Shown: piece after piece, positions 8,760 to 22,517 of the stretch
Position numbering within the stretch: position 1 is the stretch's first letter
Layout: each line of letters starts with the position of its first letter
Source: Fidelibacterota bacterium
GTDB lineage: Bacteria > Fidelibacterota > Marinisomatia > Marinisomatales > Marinisomataceae
Length of the DNA: 64,000 nt
Assembly: GCA_965212055.1 (NCBI GenBank)
Contig: OZ243041.1
Span: forward strand, 832,001-896,000
Reading direction: 5' to 3'
Program-made: the position numbers and the translations under genes
The notes under the pieces: model-generated
What the model was told of the DNA's origin: nothing
The model's database searches: none
What the model saw: the letters and a program-made list of their open reading frames with translations, nothing else

Positions 8760-9870
8760 ATTTTTCTAGATAATCTTCTGACCATTTTACGAAAGTATGG
8801 TTATTAATTTCAAATTTAATTTGATTCATCAAATCAAAGTAATATGCAATATTAATTAGCGTAGCAATTCGCATACCTAAGATTTCATTAATTTGGAATA
8901 AATATCTTAAGTATGATTTAGAATATTCTTTGGCAAAAGTGATATTGCTATTTTCATCAATTGGTGAAATATCATGTTTATACTTATTATTAATAATATT
9001 AATGATTCCTTCACTAGTAAAAAGTTGGCCATTTCTTGCATTCCTTGTTGGCAATACACAGTCAAACATATCTATTCCTCTTAAAACCGATTTTACGATA
9101 TCAGTTGGTTTCCCCACACCCATTAAATATCTTGGATGATTCTCAGGAATCGCTTCACCTAATAAATGTACGGTATTAAACATTGGTTCCTTTTTTTCTC
9201 CTACTGATAATCCTCCGATTGCTATACCAGAATTAGCAAAAGGAAGCATTTGTTCCAGGCATTTTAGTCGCTCATCTTTATCAATGCCTCCTTGGATAAT
9301 AGGAAACAAAATTTGTGTATGGTTATAAAGCGGTTTGTGTGTATCTAAATAATCATACGCTCTTTTGGTCCAATCATGAGTTAATTTAGAAGCTCTTTTT
9401 AATTCTCTTTTTGTACAATTTGCTGGCGGACAATAATCAAATGCCATAATAATATCTGATCCTAATTTTTGCTGAACCTCCATCGAAATTTCTGGAGTAA
9501 AAAGATGCATACTTCCATCAAGATGTGATTTAAAATGAACACCATTATCGGTAATCTTGTTCATTTTATTTAAAGAAAACACTTGATAACCACCGCTATC
9601 TGTTAAGATACTATTAGACCAATTCAAAAATTGATGTAATCCACCATTTTCTTCAATGATGTCTGTTCCAGGTCTTAAGTAAAGATGGTAAGTGTTAGAT
9701 AACATAATTTGTGTGTTCAAATCATACAGTTCATTGGGTGATATCGATTTAACAACTCCATGTGTACCTACTGGCATAAAAACAGGTGTTTCGATAACAG
9801 AGTGGTCTGTCTGAATTTGTCCTGTTCTTGCTAATGAATATTTATCTTTTGATTGAATTATAAATTTCAA
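8743..9870 (-). CDS. tgt: tRNA-guanine transglycosylase
   Basis: TPVFMPVGT, SNTYHLYLRPG, TDSGGYQVFSL, GIDMFDCVLPTRNARNG; probable TTG start at 9870. Confidence 0.97.
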   Translation of the reverse strand: MKFIIQSKDKYSLARTGQIQTDHSVIETPVFMPVGTHGVVKSISPNELYDLNTQIMLSNTYHLYLRPGTDIIEENGGLHQFLNWSNSILTDSGGYQVFSLNKMNKITDNGVHFKSHLDGSMHLFTPEISMEVQQKLGSDIIMAFDYCPPANCTKRELKRASKLTHDWTKRAYDYLDTHKPLYNHTQILFPIIQGGIDKDERLKCLEQMLPFANSGIAIGGLSVGEKKEPMFNTVHLLGEAIPENHPRYLMGVGKPTDIVKSVLRGIDMFDCVLPTRNARNGQLFTSEGIINIINNKYKHDISPIDENSNITFAKEYSKSYLRYLFQINEILGMRIATLINIAYYFDLMNQIKFEINNHTFVKWSEDYLEKYENSE

Positions 9871-9874
9871 CGAA

Positions 9875-12800
9875 TTACCAATCGTACCCAATCGATAAAA
9901 TATATTGAGGCTTAGAATAGTCGCCATCAGGATAACGATCCCAGGCAGTATCGAGTCTTATCAATGCCCATGGAGTAAATACTTTCATACCCATTCCAAA
10001 GGTAGAAATAATTGGAGAAGCATCAGGATGAGTTAAATTATACTTGGATCGAACAAGGGCACTATCATCAAATTCTTTACTATCATCCCACGCGGCACCA
10101 ACATCCAAGAAAAGATGACCAAAAATATTACCAAATCTAATTTTAGCAGGAAATCCAACATCAACATAATTAATAAATGGAAATCGAAATTCAAAGTTGG
10201 CAACAGCAACGTTTTCACCAGTACGTTCTCTATAACGTGCTCCTCTAACAGGAAATACATACTCCGTAAAATAAACATCTTCTAATACAGTAGAACTCTC
10301 ATAGTCTAAGATCCTTTGTGCATAAAATCCTGAATCGTCTCTACCTTCAGTCTGAGTATCAGAATAAAATGTCATTTGAGAAGATCCACCTAGAAAAAAC
10401 TTTTCAGGATTTTCACCAAAGCTTTTTCCCAACATTAACCTAGTGGCAAAACTATAATTCCTATTAATCTTAAAATATTTTCTTATATCAAATTTAATGG
10501 TTTTAAAAGCAAGGCTGTCATCACCCATATCAGGACTGAATTGGAAAGTTAAATATTGTCTTAATCCATCATTAGGACCAGTGTAAGTATTAGTTGTATT
10601 ATCGTAGACCCAACTGACCAAAGGAATAAATGACTTTAAATTTTCTGAATAATTTGTCTCAACTTGTCCACTCCAATAGTCAATCTCTTTTATTTCATAG
10701 CTAATACCTCGTAGTGTCGCACCAACGTCAATTCTATTAAATTTTGAAAACGGATATTGGGCAAAGAATCCAACACCATAATCTCTTAATAAACCTATAT
10801 AATCAGTATCAATACTATAACCTAGAGAGAATAAATTTGCATATTGGAAAAGCTGTCCATAATAGTTTGTTCTATTCTTTAGATATCCATAACCCAATAT
10901 TATATCACTATTGTCTAAATCCATAACAAGATTAGAAGCAAATCGTAATTGATGATCTCCCATAACATCGCTCCATGCAATATTAGCAAGACCAGTAGTC
11001 CCAAATAAATTATCAATAGAAGCACTAGTATAAACATAATCTAATGAGAACTCTGTTTTATATTTTTGTGGATTGTAATTACCAGAAACACGTAAAGAAT
11101 CAACAGATGTTAATTCCTGATCTGGGTCTACATGATCTGGATCATTAAATTTCTTATAATTGCGAGCAAAAATATAGCTTGAATAATCTTCTTCTTCAGC
11201 AATACTCGGTTCATTTCTGACAAAACGTAGATCTTCAAAATCTTCTTGTTCATCTTTTGTGGTATAAAATATTGTAGCAGGAACTTCCTTATTTTCCACT
11301 TTAATTGGATTATTCATCAAAAATAAGTCCCAACCTCTTTCTTTATATCCAGCAAAAATTATTTTATCTGCATTTCTATCAACATCAATCTGTTGAATAC
11401 CAGTAATAACATTAGTAATAGGATAAGCTTCATTTGTAATTAAATCATGTCTAAAAATATTATAAACTCCATTATAATCAGCTGTATAGAATAAAATATT
11501 ATCTTTTGATGCTATAGGATAAGCTTCATCGTGATCAGTATCAGTAATTTGTGTAATAGATTCAGTAGTGAAATCATACATAAAAATATCTTTTTTGGAA
11601 AAATCTACTTCTGAGATGTCAGTATTATTTTTATAACTTGATTGATCGGAACTAAAAAATACTTTATCACCATTTAAGCTCCATGATGGAGAAAAATCAG
11701 AGAAAATATCATTTGTTAGATTTGTAACTTTCTCCGTTTTCAAATCAATAAGATATAAATCACTTGCATCGTTTTTATGACCAATAAATACAATTTTATT
11801 ATCCTTTGGGTGCCATGCTGTAGTAAATACACCATCTAATCCAATAGGAATTTTTTTATATTTTCCATTTTTCACATTCACAATAATGATAGAATCTTCT
11901 TTCCCACTTTTAGAAGCAAAAGCAATCTGTTTACCATTTGGTGACCAAGATAGTCCAGGTTGCAACCATTTTAATTCTTCAAAATCTGGAGAATTATTAC
12001 CACGAATTAATCTTTTTTTCTGTTCTCCAGAATCGGCATTTAAAAGAATTAAATCCATATATCCTGATTGATCAGTAAAATAAGCAATGGTATTCCCATC
12101 TGGTGAAAATGAAGGACTAATGTTATAAAAATTCTTTGATTTTGATCTATCGGTAAGTTTTTCAGAAAAATCAGATAATTTCTCTCGTTTGTTAATATCT
12201 CCCCAATATTCTTTTTTCAAATAATCATGCCAATTTTCAGTCAATTTCTCAAAATCAGTTCCTAATGCATTTTCAAAACCTTTCTCTGCATTCTGAGTTC
12301 TTTTCATTTGTTGAAATACTTCTCCAACTTTTTCTCTTCCATATTTATTTGTTATATACTTCCAGACTGATTGGCCACCTTTGTATGCTAGGATTGAATA
12401 ATTAAGTTGATCAACTTCAGGTAAACTTTCTTCAATAGCCAAATCTCTTAAAACCATATCAGAATTGGTATCCCAATCCACAGATAGAAACTCTGCTAAT
12501 CCTTCATTGGCCCATAAAGGGACTTGAAGTAGAACACGTCCACTTAATACTCCTTGAACATTACCGCCATATATCATGTCATTAATAATCGCATGTACAA
12601 GTTCATGGTGTATGACATGTTTAAATTGTGCGTAAGATCCTTCGAATGGAATAACAATTCTATTTTTATAGAGCTCAGTTACTCCTCCTATACCTTCAGA
12701 CATATAGACATTAACAATATTTGTTTGTTGAAAATCATTATGAGAAGTGTAAACAATAATTTTAATAGGTTGTTGACTTCTCCAGCGTAAATGTTTCCCA

Positions 12801-12994
12801 ATTTGATCAAGTGATTCTTCTGCAATTTTTGATGTAAAAATTGCTAAATCATAATTATCACCATAATAGTAGACATTAAAATTAGGACTAACGATAAAAT
12901 TCCAATCAAATTCATTGTATTGAACTTTGTTTTGACCAAAATATTGTCCAAATAAAGCTTGACTGAATAGTGTTAAGATTAAAATAAAACGCAT
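9875..12994 (-). CDS. Omp85-family protein with N-terminal zincin peptidase and PD40/TolB-like propeller
   Basis: Signal peptide, FGQNKVQY, HELVH..W..EGLAE, repeated WSPxG motifs, VRG loop, C-terminal SIGYDW barrel end. Confidence 0.85.
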   Translation of the reverse strand: MRFILILTLFSQALFGQYFGQNKVQYNEFDWNFIVSPNFNVYYYGDNYDLAIFTSKIAEESLDQIGKHLRWRSQQPIKIIVYTSHNDFQQTNIVNVYMSEGIGGVTELYKNRIVIPFEGSYAQFKHVIHHELVHAIINDMIYGGNVQGVLSGRVLLQVPLWANEGLAEFLSVDWDTNSDMVLRDLAIEESLPEVDQLNYSILAYKGGQSVWKYITNKYGREKVGEVFQQMKRTQNAEKGFENALGTDFEKLTENWHDYLKKEYWGDINKREKLSDFSEKLTDRSKSKNFYNISPSFSPDGNTIAYFTDQSGYMDLILLNADSGEQKKRLIRGNNSPDFEELKWLQPGLSWSPNGKQIAFASKSGKEDSIIIVNVKNGKYKKIPIGLDGVFTTAWHPKDNKIVFIGHKNDASDLYLIDLKTEKVTNLTNDIFSDFSPSWSLNGDKVFFSSDQSSYKNNTDISEVDFSKKDIFMYDFTTESITQITDTDHDEAYPIASKDNILFYTADYNGVYNIFRHDLITNEAYPITNVITGIQQIDVDRNADKIIFAGYKERGWDLFLMNNPIKVENKEVPATIFYTTKDEQEDFEDLRFVRNEPSIAEEEDYSSYIFARNYKKFNDPDHVDPDQELTSVDSLRVSGNYNPQKYKTEFSLDYVYTSASIDNLFGTTGLANIAWSDVMGDHQLRFASNLVMDLDNSDIILGYGYLKNRTNYYGQLFQYANLFSLGYSIDTDYIGLLRDYGVGFFAQYPFSKFNRIDVGATLRGISYEIKEIDYWSGQVETNYSENLKSFIPLVSWVYDNTTNTYTGPNDGLRQYLTFQFSPDMGDDSLAFKTIKFDIRKYFKINRNYSFATRLMLGKSFGENPEKFFLGGSSQMTFYSDTQTEGRDDSGFYAQRILDYESSTVLEDVYFTEYVFPVRGARYRERTGENVAVANFEFRFPFINYVDVGFPAKIRFGNIFGHLFLDVGAAWDDSKEFDDSALVRSKYNLTHPDASPIISTFGMGMKVFTPWALIRLDTAWDRYPDGDYSKPQYILSIGYDW

Positions 12995-13087
12995 TGATAA
13001 TTTTATATAATATTAGACACAATAAATATGAAAAAAGTAAAAATAATTAAATATTGGACAGATTTAATATAAGAATTAAGTTTTTTC

Positions 13088-13825
13088 ATGCAATTACCAA
13101 TATACTTTTTTGGCGATACACACTTTAAATTCCAAAAATCAAGTCAAGAAGATAAAAAAATTGAAAAATTCTCTCAATTCCTAAAAACAATCTCACAGGA
13201 AAACAATAAAGGCAGTTTGTTTATTATGGGCGATTTATTTGATTATTACTTTGAATACAAAAATAAAACTCCAGAGTATTACAAAGAAATATTTACATCA
13301 CTAAACGATATCAGAAAAAAAGGTTTTGATATCTACTTTATTGCTGGGAATCATGATTATTGGATAGGAAATCATCTCAAAAGTCATGTAGACGATTGTT
13401 TTCTTAATGGTACCACAACAGAGATTAACAATAAGAAATTTTATATTACCCATGGAGATGGAATCCTATCATGGGATAAATCTTATCGTTTATTACGATG
13501 CATATTACGTAGCAAATTGTTTATTATATTATTTTCTTTACTCCCAGAGAAGATTGCTTTAAAAATTGCAAAAAAAATATCTCATGAAAGACAAGATTCA
13601 CATTATTTAAATCAAGAAAAAATTAATAGAATTCACAATGAATTGGATAGTTTTGCTCAACAAAAAATTGATGAAGGTTTTAATTATGTGATTATGGGAC
13701 ATTATCACCACTCTTATCAAAAAACATTAGATAGTGGAGAATTAATTTTGCTTGGTGAATGTGATGAAAGAAATTATAACTATGCTGTTTTTAATGGAGA
13801 CAAATTAGAAATCAAGAATTTTTAA
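13088..13825 (+). CDS. lpxH: UDP-2,3-diacylglucosamine hydrolase (calcineurin-like phosphoesterase)
   Basis: GDTH, GDLFD, GNHD, HGD, GHYH motifs; LPS gene context. Confidence 0.8.
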   Translation: MQLPIYFFGDTHFKFQKSSQEDKKIEKFSQFLKTISQENNKGSLFIMGDLFDYYFEYKNKTPEYYKEIFTSLNDIRKKGFDIYFIAGNHDYWIGNHLKSHVDDCFLNGTTTEINNKKFYITHGDGILSWDKSYRLLRCILRSKLFIILFSLLPEKIALKIAKKISHERQDSHYLNQEKINRIHNELDSFAQQKIDEGFNYVIMGHYHHSYQKTLDSGELILLGECDERNYNYAVFNGDKLEIKNF

Positions 13826-14742
13826 ACTTTATTGTGCAAAGTAACCATAATTGCATTTTGCATGTGCAATCTATTTTCTGCCTGTTCAAAGACAATGGAA
13901 TTGTCTGAATCAATCACATTATCAGTTACTTCCCTTCCACGTTCTGCTGGTAAGCAATGCATAAACAAGTAATCATCTTTGGCATTCTTTACTAAATCTG
14001 AATTTACTTGAAATGGAGAAAATATTTTGATGCGCTCATCAATTTCTTCTTTTTGACCCATGGATGCCCATACATCTGTATAGATTACATCTGCATTTTG
14101 AACAGAATCAAGTGAATGGGATACAGATACATTAGAGATGCCAATATCATTTGCAAGTTTAATCGTATCTGCATCAGAAGAATACCCTTCAGGACAGACA
14201 CAAACAAACTCAAAAGGAAGCACAGTCGCCAACCTAACCCAAGAATTAACAATATTATTTCCATCACCTATATATACTATCTTCAAATTATCAAACGAAT
14301 CTTTCTTTTCTTCCCATACTGTAAAGATATCAGTCAAGATTTGACATGGATGATTGTAATCAGTTAATCCATTAATGACAGGAACTGTAGCATGTTCTTC
14401 AAAATCTAAGATATCTTGATGGCTAAAAACACGCGCCATAATTAAATCATTATATCTGCTAAATAATTGTGCTAAATCAGCAGCACTTTCTCTTTTGCCT
14501 AATCCGATATCTTGGGGAGCTAAATAAATTGCATGTCCTCCCATCCAAGCAAAGCCAGTTTCAAAAGAAACTCTTGTTCTTGCAGATGGTTTGGCAAATA
14601 TCATTGCCATTGAATGATTCGCAAATGGTTTAAATTCCTCTTTATTGCGATACTTTGACTTTAAATCAGAAGCCAAAGCAAATAAATCCAAAATTTCTTC
14701 TTTAGAAAAATCATCTACCTTGATACAATGTCTAACATTCAT
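13822..14742 (-). CDS. argF: Ornithine carbamoyltransferase
   Basis: KPSARTR, HPCQ, DVWASMG, HCLP, QAENR. Confidence 0.95.
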   Translation of the reverse strand: MNVRHCIKVDDFSKEEILDLFALASDLKSKYRNKEEFKPFANHSMAMIFAKPSARTRVSFETGFAWMGGHAIYLAPQDIGLGKRESAADLAQLFSRYNDLIMARVFSHQDILDFEEHATVPVINGLTDYNHPCQILTDIFTVWEEKKDSFDNLKIVYIGDGNNIVNSWVRLATVLPFEFVCVCPEGYSSDADTIKLANDIGISNVSVSHSLDSVQNADVIYTDVWASMGQKEEIDERIKIFSPFQVNSDLVKNAKDDYLFMHCLPAERGREVTDNVIDSDNSIVFEQAENRLHMQNAIMVTLHNKV

Positions 14743-16028
14743 TTTACTTGTCTCTTTTTTATATTAGGAATGCTCATTGATTCTCTATATTTAGCTACTG
14801 TTCTTCTAGCAATAGAAATATCTTTTTTCTTTAGAAGATTAGCTATTTCTAAATCAGAAATTGGATGATTACTATCTTCTGATTGAATTAAATCCTTAAT
14901 AGTATCTTTTAGTTCTTTTGTCCCAATCACTTCACCAGAATCTTTAACAATCTTACTACTGAAGAAACTTTTCAAACTTATAATACCTAAAGGAGTATCA
15001 ACATATTTATTTTTAACTACTCTACTAATACTGGATATATCCATATCTAACTTGATTGCAATATCTTCCAAACGAAGTGGATTAGGATAGTCTTGATTTC
15101 CAGATAAATAAGCATTTTGAAAACCAATAATTTCATTCATCACGTTTTTAAGTGTTTGAGACCTAAATATAATGGTATCTAATAAGTTTTGAGCACTATC
15201 AGTATGGTCTTTAATAAATTTTTTCTCCTTATCTGAAAGTTTTTGTGTCATTGCTTCACCCAAATAATCATTAGCAATTTTAAATCGATTTAGATTTTTA
15301 TCATTGACCAAAATAAGCCATTTATTGTCTTTCATTCTAATAATAAGATCAGGAATAATTTGATCAGAATCATTGCTCATAATAATTGGAGAAAAGTTTT
15401 TAGAGGAAATGATTTTTAGTGCATCATCAAATTCAGCATCTGAACATGCTAAATTTGATTTAATTTCTGAAAAATTTTGGTTTAAAAATTCGTCAAAATA
15501 TTTTGTAATTATTTCCTGAGCAAGAAAATGATTATCATCAATTTGTAAAGCAAGATATTCTTGCACATCACGACAACCAACTCCTTGAGGAATTAATTTC
15601 CTTACAAGATCTAGAACTTTATTTATTTCACTCAAATCTGCATGACAATTATCGGCAATTAATTCAATTTCAGTATCTAAAAATCCAGTTTCATCCACAT
15701 TAAATATAATCTGTTGTGCAATATTTTTTTCTTTGCTATCCATCTCTGATTCTTCAACTTGTTTGATTAAACTACCTATCACATCTATATCTTCAGGTAG
15801 GTTTGATAGAAATAAATCATAATTTTCTTGGTTATCTAATTGGTATTCTTGAGTATTTTTATCTCTAAAATCTTCCAAATCTTTTTCAACCAAAACTGGA
15901 TTTTTTTCAATTTCATTTTGCAATTCTTCTTCAACATCAAGAAGTGATAGCTCTAAAAAACGAGATTGTAATATTTGTTGAGGAATAATCGACTGTTTTT
16001 GTCGGATCTTTGTAGAAATTTTACTCAT
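14739..16028 (-). CDS. rpoN: RNA polymerase sigma-54 factor
   Basis: Q-rich region I, HTH (SSISR), RpoN box ARRTVAKYRE. Confidence 0.95.
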   Translation of the reverse strand: MSKISTKIRQKQSIIPQQILQSRFLELSLLDVEEELQNEIEKNPVLVEKDLEDFRDKNTQEYQLDNQENYDLFLSNLPEDIDVIGSLIKQVEESEMDSKEKNIAQQIIFNVDETGFLDTEIELIADNCHADLSEINKVLDLVRKLIPQGVGCRDVQEYLALQIDDNHFLAQEIITKYFDEFLNQNFSEIKSNLACSDAEFDDALKIISSKNFSPIIMSNDSDQIIPDLIIRMKDNKWLILVNDKNLNRFKIANDYLGEAMTQKLSDKEKKFIKDHTDSAQNLLDTIIFRSQTLKNVMNEIIGFQNAYLSGNQDYPNPLRLEDIAIKLDMDISSISRVVKNKYVDTPLGIISLKSFFSSKIVKDSGEVIGTKELKDTIKDLIQSEDSNHPISDLEIANLLKKKDISIARRTVAKYRESMSIPNIKKRQVK

Positions 16029-16756
16029 TAATCAAGCCTAAATTTTTTACCAAGATATAGTTTTCGAACCTCTTCATCGTTAGCTAATGTTTCTGCATTA
16101 CCAGATTTTAAAATTTTACCACTATATAATAAATATGATCTATCAGTAATCGATAGAGTTTCTCTTACATTATGATCTGTGATTAATACTCCAATATTTT
16201 GTTCTTTAAGCGAAGTAACAACCTGTTGAATATCCTCAACAGCTATGGGATCAATACCTGCAAATGGCTCATCTAATAAGATAAAATCTGGTTTTAATGC
16301 AAGAGTTCGACATATTTCTACTCTTCTTCGTTCACCGCCAGATAAACTCCCACCTAAATTTCCTCTAAGATGATTAATATTAAATTGTATAAGCAATTTA
16401 TCAATTAATTCAGTTTGTTCTTGAACAGATGGAAGAATATTTTCTAAAACTATTCTTAAATTATTTTCTACTGTTAATTTAGCAAAGATGGAAGGTTCTT
16501 GTGCTAAATAACCGATACCCATTCTTGCTCTTTGGTACATCGGTGTACTAGTAATATTATTATCATCAAAGAATATTTTTCCAGAAGATGGTCTAATCAT
16601 TCCAGTAATCATATAGAATGTAGTTGTCTTACCAGCACCGTTTGGACCAAGTAATCCAACAATTTCTCCTTTTTTCAGATTAACGTTCACCTCATCAACA
16701 ACTGTCTTCCCAGAATAGCTTTTTTTCAGATTTTCTGTTTTTAATACTTTACTCAT
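16028..16756 (-). CDS. lptB: LPS export ABC ATPase
   Basis: GPNGAGKTTTF, LSGGERRRVEI, DEPFAGIDP, ITDHNVRETL. Confidence 0.97.
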   Translation of the reverse strand: MSKVLKTENLKKSYSGKTVVDEVNVNLKKGEIVGLLGPNGAGKTTTFYMITGMIRPSSGKIFFDDNNITSTPMYQRARMGIGYLAQEPSIFAKLTVENNLRIVLENILPSVQEQTELIDKLLIQFNINHLRGNLGGSLSGGERRRVEICRTLALKPDFILLDEPFAGIDPIAVEDIQQVVTSLKEQNIGVLITDHNVRETLSITDRSYLLYSGKILKSGNAETLANDEEVRKLYLGKKFRLD

Positions 16757-17273
16757 CTTTTACTGAACCTCTTGGTTGATTAATTTTCCATTCTGTAAGA
16801 TCAATATTCGATTGAAAACCTTTTCCATATAATGTATCTAAATCTCCTGAAATAAATATCAACTCAGAATCTGTAAAAATCTTATCAACTTTATTATTCC
16901 ATAACAACGAATCGGTCAATAATTCTTCTCCCTGATCAGCTTTAACTATTACATTTCCAAACGCATTAATTCTATTTTCTTTCTCGCTAACAAAAGCATA
17001 ATCTGATTTAATGGTTGATGTATGGTGATAATTACTATCATATAAATCTACTACAACATTATCAGTCAATTGTAATTCAAGATTATCATCACTTTTTTCA
17101 AGCAATTCTGCTGTTACTAATGCTTTTATATTACCCATTTCTGTCAAAGTAATTTCAACATTTGAAGATAGTTGATTATGAACAGCTTCTTTTTCTTCAT
17201 TGCTTTCTCTATCTGTACTATAACAAGATATGAAAAAGAACAATAGAAAAATTAAGGAATAATTTGAATTCAT
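16749..17273 (-). CDS. lptC: LPS export protein LptC
   Basis: N-terminal anchor, beta-jellyroll pattern GNVIV..L.TDSLLW..IFTD; position between kdsC and lptB. Confidence 0.75.
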   Translation of the reverse strand: MNSNYSLIFLLFFFISCYSTDRESNEEKEAVHNQLSSNVEITLTEMGNIKALVTAELLEKSDDNLELQLTDNVVVDLYDSNYHHTSTIKSDYAFVSEKENRINAFGNVIVKADQGEELLTDSLLWNNKVDKIFTDSELIFISGDLDTLYGKGFQSNIDLTEWKINQPRGSVKDE

Positions 17274-17804
17274 CGTAAATCAGAAAGCAATTTATTAATT
17301 GAACCATCGAAATCGCCCCTTGATTCAATAATTAAATCAATAATTTCTCTTACTGCACCTTCTCCACCAGCTTTTGTTGTAGTATAATGAGTATATTTTG
17401 TAACATAATCTGGTGCATTTGGAACTGAAATTGCTAGACCGACTTTCTCAAAGATTGGGATATCTATAATATCGTCTCCTATAAAACAAATCTCATGATC
17501 TTCCAAGTTGTATTCTTTTTTAAGATCATTATACGATTCTATCTTTTCAATAACTCCATTATAAACTTTATCAATCTTCAATTTATTAGCACGATGAGCA
17601 GTTGTAGCACATTCTCTTCCCGTAATCCAAGCAGTTTTGATATCCAAATCTAATCTATTTAACATATGGAATCCCACACCATCTAAAACACTAAAATTTT
17701 TTGCTTCTTCTCCGTTGGTCATATAAATGAGTTTTCCATCAGTCAAAACACCATCAACATCACAAATAAGTAATTTGATTGGTTGCAATTTTTCTTTTAA
17801 AACA

Positions 17805-17812
<8 letters not shown>
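17270..17812 (-). CDS. kdsC: KDO 8-phosphate phosphatase (HAD)
   Basis: DVDGVLTDG, GDDIID, GGEGAVRE. Confidence 0.93.
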
Positions 17813-20914
<3,102 letters not shown>

Positions 20915-20918
<4 letters not shown>

Positions 20919-21226
20919 TGGCTATCCTTTTTAACCACCAAAGGAATTTCGATATAATCCCCCTTTGATTTTGGGCTATTTTCTATAACCTTTTCTTTGG
21001 GGATTGATTCTTCTGTAACATCTTCTCTTAATACACTATGCGTATCATGAACATTGACTAATTCTTCTACATTAGATGTATCAATTTCATTTAACAAATC
21101 CATGTAATCTAGAATATTATTCATATCCTTAGTGTGTGTTTTTAACTCTGCTTCAGAGAGAGAAAGTTTAGAAAGTTTGGCTATTTTATTTAATTCTTTC
21201 TTTGTGACTTTCTTTGTTTTTGACAT
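20915..21226 (-). CDS. gatC: Asp/Glu-tRNA amidotransferase subunit C
   Basis: IAKLSKL..ILDYMDLLNEIDT..LREDV..P.V pattern. Confidence 0.9.
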
Positions 21227-21251
21227 AAAAATATTATTTAAGACAATTTAT

Positions 21252-22517
21252 CTATTCATAGCGAATAGAGTCAATAGGATTAAGATTTGCAGCCTTAATT
21301 GCAGGATACAATCCAAAGACTATACCCATAAATACACAAATCTGAATACTATACAATACCCAATTAAACGGAATGATTGGATCTTGTTGTAAAAAATATG
21401 CTACCACATTTCCAAATAATAAACCGATAATAATACCAACAATTCCCCCTATTATAGAAATAAGAGTTGCTTCAATTAAAAATTGTAAAAATATATCAAT
21501 TTTTCTTGCACCTAGCGCTTTGCGAACACCAATTTCTTTAATACGTTCTGTCAACGAAACTAACATAATATTAGCAATACCAATTCCTGCTACTAATAGA
21601 GAAATCCCGGCCACTAGACCAATAAACATTTGCAAGTATCGAGTAAAATCACCAAATGTATCCATTAATTGATCATTGGTTGCAATATAGAAGTTATTTT
21701 CTGCTCCCGGTGGTATCTTTCGGATTGCTCTAAAAGCTCCAATCGCCTCATCGGTGGCAGCATCCAACTCATCCATAGATTCTGATTCCAATATAAGCTG
21801 TAAACCGTCGCCATAGAAACTTCGACCACGGAAATATTGTAAAAAAGAAGTAATTGGAATTCCAATCATAGAATCCATGCTTTGTCCCAACATTTCTCCT
21901 TTAGCACCTAGAAGACCAATGACTTCAAATGGAATATTATCAATTTTTATTATCTGACCTACTGGATCAGAATAAGGAAATAATTCTTCTTTGATATCAT
22001 AACCCACTACGGCAACACGTGCATTACTATCTAAATCTTGTTTTCGTATATTCCTTCCACTAACCATTTCATATTTCCAAGCTTCAAGAACATCTCCATC
22101 ACCTCCCCAAAAACTTGATAATCGATTTTTTAATTCTTTTTTTCCAACACTAATTGTTCGGTCACTTGGCTCCTCTGCCACAACTGCGGATACATGTTTT
22201 GTCAGTGTTAATACTCTCTTTAATTGTTCATATTCTGACCATGTAATACGAGGCTTATTACGATTATGTCTATTATCAGAACCAAAACTAATTTCAACGG
22301 GATTGTCTCTTGTAATATAAAATATATTTGTTTTCATTTCCTCGACCAAACCAGTTGTAGCTCTGTCAAAAGTAGTCAATACAGTCATAATACCAATAAT
22401 AGAGGAAACCCCAACAGTGATACCAAGCAGAGTTAAAAATGTGCGTAGTTTTGTTTGGCCAAAATAAAATAGCACACCCGAAATTGCATCACCTAAATAA
22501 TTAATTAATCTATTCAT
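21252..22517 (-). CDS. MacB/FtsX-like ABC permease
   Basis: RTFLTLLGI, periplasmic domain, GIGIANIMLVSLTERIKEIGVRKALGA, LNPIDSIRYE. Confidence 0.93.
   Translation of the reverse strand: MNRLINYLGDAISGVLFYFGQTKLRTFLTLLGITVGVSSIIGIMTVLTTFDRATTGLVEEMKTNIFYITRDNPVEISFGSDNRHNRNKPRITWSEYEQLKRVLTLTKHVSAVVAEEPSDRTISVGKKELKNRLSSFWGGDGDVLEAWKYEMVSGRNIRKQDLDSNARVAVVGYDIKEELFPYSDPVGQIIKIDNIPFEVIGLLGAKGEMLGQSMDSMIGIPITSFLQYFRGRSFYGDGLQLILESESMDELDAATDEAIGAFRAIRKIPPGAENNFYIATNDQLMDTFGDFTRYLQMFIGLVAGISLLVAGIGIANIMLVSLTERIKEIGVRKALGARKIDIFLQFLIEATLISIIGGIVGIIIGLLFGNVVAYFLQQDPIIPFNWVLYSIQICVFMGIVFGLYPAIKAANLNPIDSIRYE

Noticed and set aside
9871..9927. Extended N-termini in the ORF track (tgt here; likewise HIT, valS, the cytidylyltransferase at 48.4 kb, 7TM-HD and DUF2723)
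   Set aside because: They overlap upstream genes; downstream starts fit the family N-termini better
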